A stretch of DNA of 64,000 nucleotides from contig JAQGDQ010000014.1 in assembly GCA_030141605.1 (NCBI GenBank), forward strand, positions 682,001 through 746,000, in the 5' to 3' direction. Below are positions 24,338-36,720 of the stretch, in pieces. The stretch's first letter is position 1, and each line of letters begins with the position of its first letter. This DNA comes from Tubiluchus corallicola (taxonomy: Eukaryota > Animalia > Priapulida). The position numbers and the translations under genes are program-made. The notes below the pieces were generated by a model. That model saw only the letters and a program-made list of their open reading frames with translations, searched no databases and was not told the origin of the DNA.

Positions 24338-27300
24338 TTATGTATATGAATAATAATTAGTACTGTAATTACTAGGGCTTTGTTGGTAATGTGCCGATGC
24401 ACCTTTATAAGGGCTACTATGAGTATGAGTTGCCATATAACCCGGGCCTGGCCCGTTTTTATCTGCATAAGGATGTTTTTTTCTCTTAAAGAAACCCAGT
24501 TTCCATAGCAACAAGATTAACAGAAAGAGCAAAATTATACCTGCCACCACACCTACTATTATTATCCATAAGGAAATCGTCTTTTTCACTGCCTCTGGGT
24601 GTTCAGGGTTTACGGCCGTCTTGACTTGGACTTCGTGGTAGCTAAGCCTGTCTGGTTGGATATCGTAGGGTACTTCAGTCACGTGAGCTATTCCTCGAGA
24701 TGAGATTGTCACTTCTGACACTTTTTCAGCTACTAGCGTTTCAAGAGACAAACGAGATCTGACAGAAATCACAACGTACCCGCCTGGTTCTAATCGACCG
24801 GTAGTGCAGGATATTAAGGCACACTCTTTTTGGTAGCACTTTAATCTTTTTTCCAGTTCTTCTGGAGTCAGGTATCCTTTGTTTTTTGCTTCTCTTTTTC
24901 TTCTCGTTTCTGCATCACTGTTAAACTTGTATTCATCAGTTTTTGTGCGATTAATATTGAGTAGTTCATCCATCATATCTTCTGTGTGTTTCAGAACCTT
25001 CACATTTCTTGGATTAACTTTTTCAGCTTCACATTTGCCTGTTCCATCACCTCCAATTACCTTGGGGGTTTCTACTAGATACAGCAGATGACCGTGAAAA
25101 CGAGTAAAGCTGGGCCACAATATCTTCACTTCTGCTTGGGTGATGTAACTGCTTCCCGTGTTGATGACGTCATAGACATGAATCACTTCTGGTCCGATCT
25201 CTTCTTCGGTTGATGGCAAGGACAGCATGACGTATTCAGCAGGAAATCGCACTTGTTCTGGGATAGAAGCTCCAGTCATCTTGATTTCAGTGGCGATTTT
25301 AACAGGAATATCTATTTGAACGAAATTATCGGTTATTGTAGTCTCATTTTCCGGATTGGAACTATTAGCCTGAAGAACAAAGTTTAATTCAAACTGAGAA
25401 CCATCAATTTGTGTCGGTGAGAACTTTATGCGAAATACAACACGATGCCTCCGGACCAGAGGATTGCCAATTTCGCACACAAGTTGACCTTGGCCAATGC
25501 TGGTTGTGTTAACAGATGTAGTTTGTGTGCAAACAACATTTTCTGAGTCCTTTCCGGAACCAGTTTCGAGCCCACTGAAGTCCATACCTGCTGGTACGTC
25601 CACAATTACTTGAGCTATGAACGCATCCTCACCTGCATTGCGTACTTTGACTTCCAACAAAATTTCTTCTGAAGTTCCAATTTCATATTCCTTCGTCAAG
25701 CTGTGGGCAGCCAAGATGAGATTCGGAATACAGATTTCATCTTTACCACAATTTTTGAGAATGTTTATGTCTTTACTGATATAATTTGGACGCTTTGAAT
25801 TTTGCACTGGCAGAAGCACACGGCTATTTTCTGGTTCAGAATTTATCATGTCATAGTTTACTTGGACAGAGATAGGGCTTAGTTTGTCTCTAATATTAGA
25901 GCGAACATACACGTATGTGGCTTTACACCACTTCATGTCTTTTACTAATCTAACTGTTGAAGTCTGCATGATTTCGCCTTCATCACTATAGAAAAACAAA
26001 CGGTGCGCCAGTTTTTTCTTGCTGTCAAGCTGAAAAGTGACGTTTACCTGTATCTGTTTTGACACGCCTTTTCCTGAATATTGCAAGCAGGACGTCACGA
26101 CTACACATGACACTTTGGTTTGATCTGAAAGTGTACAAGTCTGTTTGTCCAGATTAATGACTTCGGGGTTTATTTGCAAGGTTCGGTGGAAGGTCACAAC
26201 TGGACGGGTTTTTAGAAAGATCACTGAGTCAGAATCATGGGCGCCAAGGACAATGTCCGGATATTCATTGCCATCAAAATCAAGGCCGCCAGACACAGCA
26301 AAACCGACTGAACTTAATCTACTGCCAAAGTCCTCTGCTGAGACAACCTGAGTTGCGATGTCTTTAACGCCTTTCTTCCCACCATGATAAATAAAAATCT
26401 GTCCATTTCCGTCCGGACCACCGTAAGGAGCACCGACGGCAAAATCGTTATACCCATCTTGGTCAACATCACCAATACCTGCAACTGTTTGACCAAATCT
26501 ACCTCCATTTTCTTTGCCGTCAATAACTATACCCTTTGAATGCTTAAACTTGTGTCTTTTGTTTTGATAGAACACGTGCACACGGCCCAGATCAAAAGAT
26601 TTCTCGTCACCTTCTTTATAGTAAAAAGGAGCGCCCACAATGATATCATCCAATTCGTCTCCATTGAGATCTGTTGCTGCAACCGAATACCCAAAATACG
26701 ACCCTATCTGTTGACCAGTGATGTTTTGAATGCTCTCTAGTTGGGGCGTGAACAAACACACTTGTCCTGTGAGATGCCACTTTGGCATTCCCGCAAGAAT
26801 ATCGTTGTTACCTTTTCCGTTGAAGTTACCTAAAGCTGTATCAAAAGCTAAGTAACTGTCATCGTCCGATGGAGGACCTTCTGTCGTAAGTAACAAGTCA
26901 GTTTGATTTGAAAGACTTTGGGAATAAATTTGACCTTGCCAATACCAGCTACCTATTGCGCCAATCACAGCTCTCTGGTGATCTTTTGTCAACGATATGC
27001 CATACCCGGCCTGGCAAAACCCCTGCCTATGGTAACCCCATCGTGTGGTCCTGCACGGAGCATACTCTGTCCCTCTACCCATAGTGCGTGTGGCAAAGCA
27101 AGCCCCTACTGGCTCACGTCGTTGGAAATTAAATGAAAAGTACACATATCTTGGAGCACAAGCCATGATGAAGCCGTCAGGACCGGAACTTGTTACTGAA
27201 GCCCCAAACCACTGATGGCTTTTCTCGTCAATCTGAAGCCATTGGGGTCCATTCAGTGCAACATTATTTCCTGTTTGATCGATAGGTATTTGTTCACAAG

Positions 27301-27562
27301 AGCCGGTGAGTTCCGGCATGCACCTGTACACAGCGCCACCCTTTTCTACACCTGGCTGTTGTGTTTGTGCATTGGGCGCCCCTACTAACAACCAATTCTC
27401 ACCTCTGTAAACGTGTTGTACAACAGAAAAACCGAACATACTATCGGGATCCGGAGCTTCGTGCACTGTAGCTGTCCTTACGTCGATGTTAAACGAAGCT
27501 ACGCACTGCAAACACAGGAAACATACGGGAATAATCCCACGGGATATGTTTATCCGTGGCAT
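24338..27562 (-). CDS. Integrin alpha subunit, PS2/alpha5-like, single coding exon, 1074 aa (tandem paralog)
   Basis: First ATG at 27562 (the track starts at an upstream non-ATG codon); signal peptide then FNIDV; FG-GAP repeats; WGYHRQG, GSWYWQG; DLNGDELDD, DVDQDGYND, DFDGNEYPD; furin site RRKR; TM helix and KLGFFKR; collinear with 14980-18105. Confidence 0.97.
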   Translation of the reverse strand: MPRINISRGIIPVCFLCLQCVASFNIDVRTATVHEAPDPDSMFGFSVVQHVYRGENWLLVGAPNAQTQQPGVEKGGAVYRCMPELTGSCEQIPIDQTGNNVALNGPQWLQIDEKSHQWFGASVTSSGPDGFIMACAPRYVYFSFNFQRREPVGACFATRTMGRGTEYAPCRTTRWGYHRQGFCQAGYGISLTKDHQRAVIGAIGSWYWQGQIYSQSLSNQTDLLLTTEGPPSDDDSYLAFDTALGNFNGKGNNDILAGMPKWHLTGQVCLFTPQLESIQNITGQQIGSYFGYSVAATDLNGDELDDIIVGAPFYYKEGDEKSFDLGRVHVFYQNKRHKFKHSKGIVIDGKENGGRFGQTVAGIGDVDQDGYNDFAVGAPYGGPDGNGQIFIYHGGKKGVKDIATQVVSAEDFGSRLSSVGFAVSGGLDFDGNEYPDIVLGAHDSDSVIFLKTRPVVTFHRTLQINPEVINLDKQTCTLSDQTKVSCVVVTSCLQYSGKGVSKQIQVNVTFQLDSKKKLAHRLFFYSDEGEIMQTSTVRLVKDMKWCKATYVYVRSNIRDKLSPISVQVNYDMINSEPENSRVLLPVQNSKRPNYISKDINILKNCGKDEICIPNLILAAHSLTKEYEIGTSEEILLEVKVRNAGEDAFIAQVIVDVPAGMDFSGLETGSGKDSENVVCTQTTSVNTTSIGQGQLVCEIGNPLVRRHRVVFRIKFSPTQIDGSQFELNFVLQANSSNPENETTITDNFVQIDIPVKIATEIKMTGASIPEQVRFPAEYVMLSLPSTEEEIGPEVIHVYDVINTGSSYITQAEVKILWPSFTRFHGHLLYLVETPKVIGGDGTGKCEAEKVNPRNVKVLKHTEDMMDELLNINRTKTDEYKFNSDAETRRKREAKNKGYLTPEELEKRLKCYQKECALISCTTGRLEPGGYVVISVRSRLSLETLVAEKVSEVTISSRGIAHVTEVPYDIQPDRLSYHEVQVKTAVNPEHPEAVKKTISLWIIIVGVVAGIILLFLLILLLWKLGFFKRKKHPYADKNGPGPGYMATHTHSSPYKGASAHYQQSPSNYSTNYYSYT

Positions 27563-29879
27563 TTCTGCCAGTTTGCACACCAAGCAGCAGACAACTTTCC
27601 AGTCCTTGCTTCCCTTTGCACAAAACTAGGCAATTATTTTTCAGCGCTTAAAACATATTCCAGGAGTGATGGCTGCTGCTCTAATTTTAGACAGTTAAGC
27701 GAGAAGTACAGCTGGTATTTCAGAAACGTAAATGTTAACCTAGCGCTAGCGACACCCTCTTATAATCACTACTGTTTATTATATTAGACGAAAATTTCAC
27801 GAGTTGATCACAAAACGCTCTAACATAAAGGAATCCGCCAGAAAGAAACTTATCACACTGAAGCTATGTCATTTAGGATGCTGACACAACTGCACTGATA
27901 ACTTCTCGCTTATACAGATGCCACGCTAACGACTGCGCTCACCGTAGTCCGTACTGTTTATAGCGCAGCTTCCAGATGGTAGGCATATGCCTTCTTCTAA
28001 CCATTGGTCTCACGAACGTATCTCAGATTTCACTCCTCACGCACCGAAGGGTGTTTGATTCAAAATCAGCCATCGGAAATTCTCCTGTTTGTCTAACAAA
28101 CTTTAGGCTCTAAGCACGCATCAACAAGAGCTCGCCTACACCGCTTGATCAGTCAACAACAAGCAGCAAATTAAAAAAACCGACAGCAGACTGCTACAGG
28201 GTTTCAATGTTGCCTCCAGTCCGACGATTCTCAGCAGGATGCATGACGAGCTTCATGAGCTCGCTGCCTCACCAACTAGAGGGGTTAGTTAAGAACTACG
28301 CAATCAGTCAGCCTGTCATCGGCGCGCTCAGCATGAGTGCAGATTATTGTACTTATCTGAAAACCAACTCTCAAGTGGGTAGCAATGACCCGACGCACGT
28401 ACATGTATAGTTGGCAAAGAATTGTGCAAATAAATTAATAACAACAGCAGACCTAGAGAATTGACCAAATTCATAAACAATGACTAAGTCTAAAGTTATA
28501 ACATTTTTCTCACTTCGTTTGCTTGAAATACTGTCGTCATTGGCTCATGAAAGCTACTTTCGCTTTGAATATCTTTTTGTCGCATTAATATGTTACATGA
28601 ACAATCTTGCTGTTAAAATTCATTACTGACTAGCGTGATACAAATAAACGGATATATTTCTTTACAAACATGCGCGTTTTGCTCTAGTTAGCATTGAAAC
28701 ACTTCGAATTTAGCGCCACAAACATCTTTCGAAAAAAAGAAAAGTCGGAGAAAAAACCGGAAGTGACGTTCTAAAAGGAAGTTATTTACTACAGTACCAA
28801 CGGTGATTAATTTAAGTTACCATATCACATAAAAGTATGCATCAGAACTGTTTTAGAAGTTAGGAAATATGCAATCCCGCCCACACTGTAAAAGAAAATA
28901 ACATTGAAAAAATAGTGTAATGGGACTTTTAAAGAAGGAATTTTGTTATCAGTACATGCGTATCGCATGTTGTTGACTGCTAGCACTGTCATAAAAACAA
29001 TCATTTTCATAACAACTGCTGTGATATTAATAATAATAATTAATGTTTATTTGTATACAAGGTGGTACGCTTTGTATGCTTTATATACCCCTATTTTTCA
29101 CCTTTCTTGGCCAGTTTTACTGATATTTGTCTTGAGCTTTTATGTACCGCCCTTGAGCACAATATGCTTGATTGCGATCGTGTTTAGTTTGATTAAAACA
29201 GATTCATTTGCTGCCAGGCAACGATCGTTTTCCTCAGTTCCATTAGCAGATGCTTTCCAGATGGGAAAGAGTTAAAGACTGGTGCATTCTACAACTTACA
29301 AACAAAGCGGGGGGTTTTCACAACGCATGGATTGGTAGTGCCTTATTCATCACCACTCACTTCTGCAAATTCTTTATTTAGAAAGACTGAGTTTTTTCTT
29401 TTTCCTCCATATTAGCAAGACGGTACGTTTTTTTCTGTAACTGAAAAAACTCTTGCAGTGAAGAAGAGGCTTCCTTAAGGTGACAAGTGTTTTGAAAATT
29501 TAAAACAGCTGCACGTGGCGAAGTTTGTTAAAAGTTTTTTTAGGAATGATGTTATCTATCTTGGTTTAGCTAACCACTTCTATTTTTATGTTATTTTTTA
29601 TTTTAGTTTTAAATCAATACATGAAGTACTATACAAAACAAATAAGAAACCCTGAATATAAAACTATATGCACAAGACAAAAGCTGTATAAAAGAACCAC
29701 AGGTTAGTTTAAATAATAAATAAAGAAGTTAATAATGATTTCTACTATAGGAAGTACATTAACTTTTATCGAATACCTGTATCAATTCAATTCAATTCAG
29801 ATTTTCATTTCGGTAACTAGGACAATATAAAATACAAATACAATATTAAAATGAAATAAAATACAATGAAATAAAAATT

Positions 29880-31350
29880 ACAAAAGTACATATATATGTA
29901 CAGGGTTAATAAATTAAAGGCTAAATAAATTTTAGAGGCTAATTATGTAATAATTCGTTCCATTTCACAAAAAAGCAAGATTTAACAAGTCTATGTGAGT
30001 TAGCAATAGCGGTTAAAATACTATTGCCAGTGTACAGTAGTAACCTATTTCGAAAGCTATAACATGATCTTTTGCGAATGTGGTATAGATAGGTTTACAC
30101 ACACGCCAGAAGCACTGCAATCGTACTTTAAGTGAGATAGTTTTCTGATATACCATTGCTGTATGCAATGTGCAGTCTATTTATCACACTAGTACTACAA
30201 TTAGTCCATAAAAACCTACAGTAAATGTTGCAGCAGAAACTCTTAAATAGCATGATTTTAACATCATCTGAATGTATATAATCTGTATATAAAAAAGACC
30301 AGTCTAGTTTTGAATGTCGCTTAGATTAGTGCATATTACATGACCAAGATATTTCTCCTGAATACTTACAGGCAATGCTGCATTACCATGAAACACTTTA
30401 CCAGGTATAACGTGTTTCAGGCGTGGAAGCAAGAAATTTAGACATTGCTTTTTGTCGAATTCAAATCAATTTTATGAAGATTAGGAAAGCTAGTGCAAGT
30501 ATTCAGAAGATCAATGTCATCAGCAGAAATTAAATGGTTAACCATGTTCCCTGCAAGATGACAACCCTTCATACCATTCAGTTTTACAGATAGCTCATGC
30601 ATGTAAAAACATTGAACAATAATGGCGAGAGAACCCCTCCTTGACTGACGCCATTTGTAGTACGAAAACCATCTGAGTTTGTATTTCGAAAACCATCTGT
30701 ATGCATCTACAAGACATGCATACACAGGAGTGTGACTATCCATATAAGTGTTCACAATTTCTTTAAAGGTAAACAATGTCAGTTCGGTTACGTGGGATAT
30801 TTCGAAATCAAAATGTGCGTCGGTTGTGTAAGCGCTCATTATAGCGGGCAACAATTACTTTTGCTAATATTTTGCTAACCATGCTTGCAGTAGTTATTGG
30901 ACGATAATCTTCAGTGGATGTTATATTCTTTTGCTTAGACTTAATTATGAGTACAAGTACAGAATCTGACATAATTACTGTTGGCTTATCATGCAATTAA
31001 ACAGAAATGTCAAATGTGCAGAGACGACATTATCTGCGTACACGAAATGCTCTGCATTAAGCCCGTCACAACCCACAGATTTACCACTTTTCGGCTTACG
31101 TATACCAGACATTGTGTTTTCAACAGCAACGTAGAAATCAAATGATGTGTTACGAATTTCAGATAAAAACCTACCACTAGAAGTTTTACGATCATTTAAT
31201 AGACACCCTTCCACATATTGCAAATGTTTTGTTCACCGCTTACATTTCCAACTCTATCTGGCAGGAGAATTCTCTTTATTCTTTTCCAAAGCTTTGTCAG
31301 CTCGTACGTTATTTTCGTTAACTTTGCAGTATTTTAAAGCTTGTTAATTA
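29880..31350 (-). mobile_element. Decayed non-LTR retrotransposon, reverse transcriptase region
   Basis: Frameshifted RT motifs in order: GKSVGCDGLNAEH, DYRPITTASMVSKIL, PVYACLVDA, NHLISADDIDLL, LNSTKSNV, KIMLFKSFCCNIY. Confidence 0.88.
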
Positions 31351-32559
31351 TCAGCTATTTGAGATAAAATCACATAAGATTATCAATGATTATGTGTAAA
31401 AAAAGAATTAACATAAACTGAAAATTAACAACTATGTTTAACATTGGCTTTTCACTTTAATTATCTAACGCGACGATTATACTCGAATGTTCAGATAACA
31501 TTGTGTAATGTGTGTTTTTTTCTGTGCATTCCGCAATGTACTGAATTGTTCGTCAATAAATTTGATATCTAGTTAATCTCACCGTTATCAATTTAAACAT
31601 TGCTGTTTAACATTTTTTGTATATTATATCATCATTACAAACTTCATTAACATTTTAACCAAACAAAAATTTAATGAAATCGATAGAGAAATGGATGTAA
31701 AATGGATGTAAAGTCCTGTATAAATCGCAGATGATCGCTTTCTCACTGTAACAGTAGATTGGCAAGCTGGTTATTTAATAACAAAATGTCATAAAATTGG
31801 ATATAATAAAACGATGAATTAATTGACGAGAAATGTTAATTATTTTCGACGTGAACTAATGAATCTCACTTTTATAAGACTTCAGTTAAGCATGGTTTAT
31901 TCAGTTATTAATTTGATAGGTTACAGTTGTAGTTACGTTTTTGGGTGCACATTGCACGTAGCTTTATATCTACAAATTAAAAATATGTTATATAATATGT
32001 TTAAAATACACTATATAGCCTTCTGTGATTCGTGCGTCACATCATGCAAGCAAAGAAGCCATGAACCATAAAAATTATCAACCGTAGCTGTTTTAAAACA
32101 AATTTAAGACGTTTCTTCTACTATAAAACTGGATAAACTGCTTCCCCTTATGTAGTTAGTTTGTCGTAGAAATCAGCTTTATGAGTTGGTATTAAAAGAC
32201 TTGTATTAGTCACGTACATAACAGGCACAGTTAGCCATATTATTACTATTTCTGCGAAAAATAGCCATATTATTACTATTTCTCCGTGTTAAAAAGATAA
32301 ATTATGTAAATACGCTTGCTGGTATTGTTAAAGAAACCAATTAGAAAGAGGTGCCGTTTTTATTGGTCATTTACTGGATTGTATAACAGATGTTTAGAAT
32401 AATTGAAAAGTGATAGGCCATTACATACTGGAAGAATAACATATTCAGATAATGTTTATTTAATAGATGTAGATTTATAATAATAAATAATGCATCTTAT
32501 AAATAAAAGACAATCTGTAGAAGCTCTTTAGGGACTAACATTAACACACACTCACTATT

Positions 32560-33177
32560 TCAAATTAGAAGTAACAATTAGGATACGTATGCTCAACATG
32601 GGTCCACTAGAGCTTAGAAGGCTCACCTGAATATGGTTTTCAAAATCGTTAGAATTGATCTAGGTTTAATCGATGTATCTGAATGTCACAGTAACACACT
32701 TAGTTCGACCACTTCAAGTGGTCATTCTTATAAACCCTTTCTTCATAAGTGTAACAAAAAAGTAAGGCAACACTATTTCTTTGTTAGAAGTATATCGCTT
32801 TGGAATACTCTTCCTTTCCACGTTGTCATGGCTCCCTCTTTAGCTCCCTTCAAAACCTCTCTAAAATTATAATTTGAATAACTATCTGGTTTATCTGTAT
32901 GGGTGATTTATAAATTCTCACACAAATTGACTTTTTCTGCTTATTGGACATAATTTGATATAAAGTTTTAGATGATCAATACTTTTATTGTACTAAGCTG
33001 TGGGGCTACATAAGTCGCTGTCGTAAAGTTGATGTAATTGTGATTTTGTGCATCAGATTTCTTGTGCCTTGTTAGCGCTAGTTGCTTCAAAACAGTTAAC
33101 TTTTTACTATTTGTTTGTGCATTACTTCGCAAATAAAATTCATTTATTCATTCATTCATTCATTCATTCATTCAATC
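32560..33177 (+). mobile_element. CR1-like LINE 3' end
   Basis: LELRRL...MVFKIV...GHSYK...HYFFVRSISLWNTLPFHVVMAPSLAPFK, followed by AATAAA and an (ATTC)n tail. Confidence 0.8.
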
Positions 33178-33934
33178 AATTTTACACTGCATACATTTAG
33201 GTCATTTTCAAGTCACAATATCGCACCGTTCTTCTATTAAGGTACAAGAATGTTAATTTAGCTAAGAAGCCATTTACTTTAGTTTTTAGAATTTCAGGCA
33301 ACATAGCTTACTCATGTAGCTAGAGGTAACTTTCCTTTGTAATTCAAAGGATAACTTTTATACTAAATTGTTTAGGACTATTAAGATATATCTATTTGAC
33401 CACGATGATGTTCAGATGACGGATATCGCTCTCTAAAAACAGTTTTAGTTAAAAAGAAAGTCTTACAAATCTGTTAATTTTGAAAGGATGAGGCTTCGTC
33501 AGATATTTTCTTTTGTCGCTTTATTGCTCGGGATTTTGCTGCATCTTTATTGCTTCGTATCCGCTCATCATTAGAGTATTTAAGGATAAACAATACTTTT
33601 TTCAAACCTATCTACTGCATATTGTTACCTAATATTGATACGGCATCCTTTAGTTCTATATTCAGGCAAAACAGTAACCAAACTGTTATGGACTATATTC
33701 ATCAGTGTCTTAAAGGATTTGCACAATAATCACTGTTACTTGTATAGTATAATATACTGATTGTATAATATAAAATATGTTAATTATATTGCTACGCTCT
33801 TTTAATGCAATTTTAGCACTTTTACTGTATAAATGTTATGGAGTTAATTTTGGACTAACTTAATCTGTTGTTTTCCGTACATCCACTCTGATTATTTGTT
33901 ATTACTACCGCGTCTAATAACCTGTGTTTTTCCT

Positions 33935-34330
33935 TTCTTCTTCTTCTTCTTCTTCTTCTGGTGCTCTAAGAATCTATTGAAGACATTGAATCTCTATCCT
34001 TTATTAGAATACCCCACTATTTCCTGTCTGCGGCTAAAATTTTTAACACCTGTGATGCTATGGTTAGCTTTGATGTCAGCCGTTGTAAATCTTTATTAAT
34101 TCTTGATATCCAAGTTTTTTTTCTTTTCTTGGAGGTCGTTTGGCAGGTTTCAGTGCCTCTTTTAATACAAATCTTGCTGGTGTTGTTTCTGGCAGTCTCA
34201 TTAAATGTCCTATCCATCTTAACCTTCTGATTCTGATTTAGTGTTCCAATGTTCTTCTTTGACTCTGTTGCACAGCTGCTCGTTTGAAAAGATACATAGC
34301 TAGTTATATTTAAGATTTTTCTTAGTAGTC
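33935..34330 (-). mobile_element. RTE-like LINE 3' fragment
   Basis: Minus frame KKTWISRINKDL...LAADRK*W and a (GAA)n tail. Confidence 0.6.
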
Positions 34331-35315
34331 CTTAGTAGTACTTAGGGACTCTGTGAAACGCATCTATTATTCCTTCCTGTATTGCAGTCCTGTTTTGCTG
34401 CAATGGCTGCATTTTGTTTTTTTAAGCAAGGTGTTTATAAACTGCTTCGAGGTTCGACATGCTGCTAATTTATTGAATTATTGTAGGTCTTAACCTATTT
34501 TAATTAGTTTTCTAGATTTAAAAACAGACAAAATAAAGAGTGTGAAAGAAGGGTCGATGTGAAACAATATAATTGGGGTTCTGGTGGCCAGTAACCTCCG
34601 CATACCGTTTGGCTTCAAGTACGTCGTTAAACATTTCATGGCAAATGCTCTCGCCTAACACAAATTCGCGATAATGGCGAAACGAACACTTTTAATACCC
34701 AATGTTGTTCTAATACTGTCAGATGCCACGTGTACATCGTTAAATAGGAAACTATATATAATATAATTGAGCCCGTTTCCTCTGCTGATTGGACGAGCAC
34801 ACATATGGCTTCATTCAAGCTGTGGCCAAGGGGAAAGCTTGGACCTGCATTTGTGCCCCCTGAAGCCAGAAAGTAATTATCTGTTATACAGGGCAGAGCC
34901 GCACAGTTACAATAAGGATGATTACAAAAATGTTCTTAAAAAACTTTTTAAAAAGTAGTACAATTATAAGCCTTGTGTTGTCAGAAACGCTCTCGCCGTT
35001 ACCAAAGATGCAATCTTGCAGAACGTCCTACAATATTTTCAAAGGCTTCTAAACTCCCTAAGCAACTGAAGCCAAATCCTAGCCCCTTGTCATGGATCCG
35101 CTTTGTAGTCATCTTACGAATGTTGCTTGGAATTCTGGTCAGTTTTTTTGTCATCAGTAGTCGTGTAAGTATTTCCAGGCTTACTGAATGTTGGTCATCT
35201 AATAATCGAGCATGCTTAAACATTTACAGGTGTTTCTGACTGCGGTGCGCCTTGTCACTAAGAGCGCTGTCAGTACTTGTGTTTTTTTATTTAGAGTCTG
35301 CTGAGTTGTGGATTA

Positions 35316-35510
35316 AGTGTCATTTACCTGGCATCCAGAATGCGTATGCGCTATGCTGATGCGGAATAGAAAATTTTGGTTTATATTGTATTCAATACAC
35401 CCGTTTTTCATACCTGCGTTATGCGTTATTTTTTCTGCAGCTATCTTCCATTGATTTTTTATATGCAGCTATTCCGCAGTTGGATAACGCATAACGCATT
35501 CGCATAACGA
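35316..35510. mobile_element. Harbinger-like MITE, second (right-truncated) copy
   Basis: Matches 10063-10240 (CTGCGTTATGCGTTATTTTTTCTGCAGCTAT; GCAGCTATTCCGCAG; TAACGCATAACGCATTC). Confidence 0.75.
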
Positions 35511-35747
35511 CTGTTTCAAAAAAACATTAAGAAAACTATAGCAATCGACAGCATTAAACAATTATACGAGCTTACTAAAGCACATGTTTGGTATAATATT
35601 TATATCTATAACATGTATATCTATAATAATATCTATATTGGGCGTCTGTATTACTGCAGTTAGAAGATTGACAGTAGATCAAAAACTGTATAATATCGTT
35701 GTTTGCTATAACTTAAAATTTACCCTATGATAGTTAATTTTTGTTAC

Positions 35748-35797
35748 AGTTACTGACGATTATCACTTGTTGACTGAAACGCGTTGGACAAATAAAA
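35748..35797 (+). ncRNA. Penelope-type minimal hammerhead ribozyme-like motif
   Basis: CTGACGA (35753-35759), short stem TCA/TGA, GAAA, palindromic ACGCGT, then AATAAA; stem I is weak. Confidence 0.45.
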
Positions 35798-36214
35798 TTT
35801 GAATACCTATCATCTTTCAGTAACTTTTTAGAAAATTTGAGGAAGTCTCATCCGCACACTTTAAGAAATGTGACGTTTGAACTTAACAAATTTTTCTTCG
35901 GTTTATTTGCCTAAATGTTCGATTGGAAAAACTAGTCTGAGTTAGATTATTTTTAGTTTATTTTATAAACCATATGCAGCTGAAGCTTTAATGGGATGTG
36001 AACATGTAGTCACGGTTATAAACATAAGAATATTTTTTTCTTTTTCCAGATTGGGCTGGGCTAGTGTATAAATACGAGTAATCAAGTTTAGTTATTTTTT
36101 ATGTTGAAATTATGTTGAACTTAATATAACAGTACAAAAATTGTTCAAGGCGCCCAAATGATCAAAACCGGCAAAATTTGGTGTAAGTCTACATCAGAAA
36201 AAATCATGTAAATG

Positions 36215-36720
36215 TTAAAGGGGGGGAAAGGGAATTTTAAAGTATAACTCATAATACTGTTCATACAAAGTTATACTACTTAGCGTTACGCTTACCTGTT
36301 TGAAAGACTTACGCAAATGAAAAAGAAAGTTATCAAAAATTTAAATATTTGCGCCACCTGGAAAAACCGCACTATATCACCATCCCAGAGTGCACGACTG
36401 ACTCACCAAAAACACATAATTAATCTTATTGACAATATGAAATAATTTAAACTTTTGTTTACTTAGCGAAGAATGTGCTACGAATGCTCCGATTGCTTTT
36501 CCAAACTTTACAAAATTTAACTTAAATTATTCCAAAAGATATACCGTTAAATTGGCTGCGCCTCGCGGGAGTTGAAAATTACAAGTTTTCTATGTGACGC
36601 AAGCTCTGTACGTAATAAACAGTATATAAGTGATGTGAGATTTCAAGACTAATTTTTAAGCTTTATTTATGAAGACTGTTTTCTTGTGCTTTAAGCAAAC
36701 CTAGCTTGTTGATAGTGATT
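36215..36720 (+). mobile_element. Interspersed repeat family B copy, Kolobok-like TTAAAGGG start
   Basis: Inverted copy of 2860-3336. Confidence 0.7.

Noticed and set aside
27563-27583. Track start codon for integrin 2
   Set aside because: Non-ATG start; the ATG at 27562 gives a normal signal peptide.
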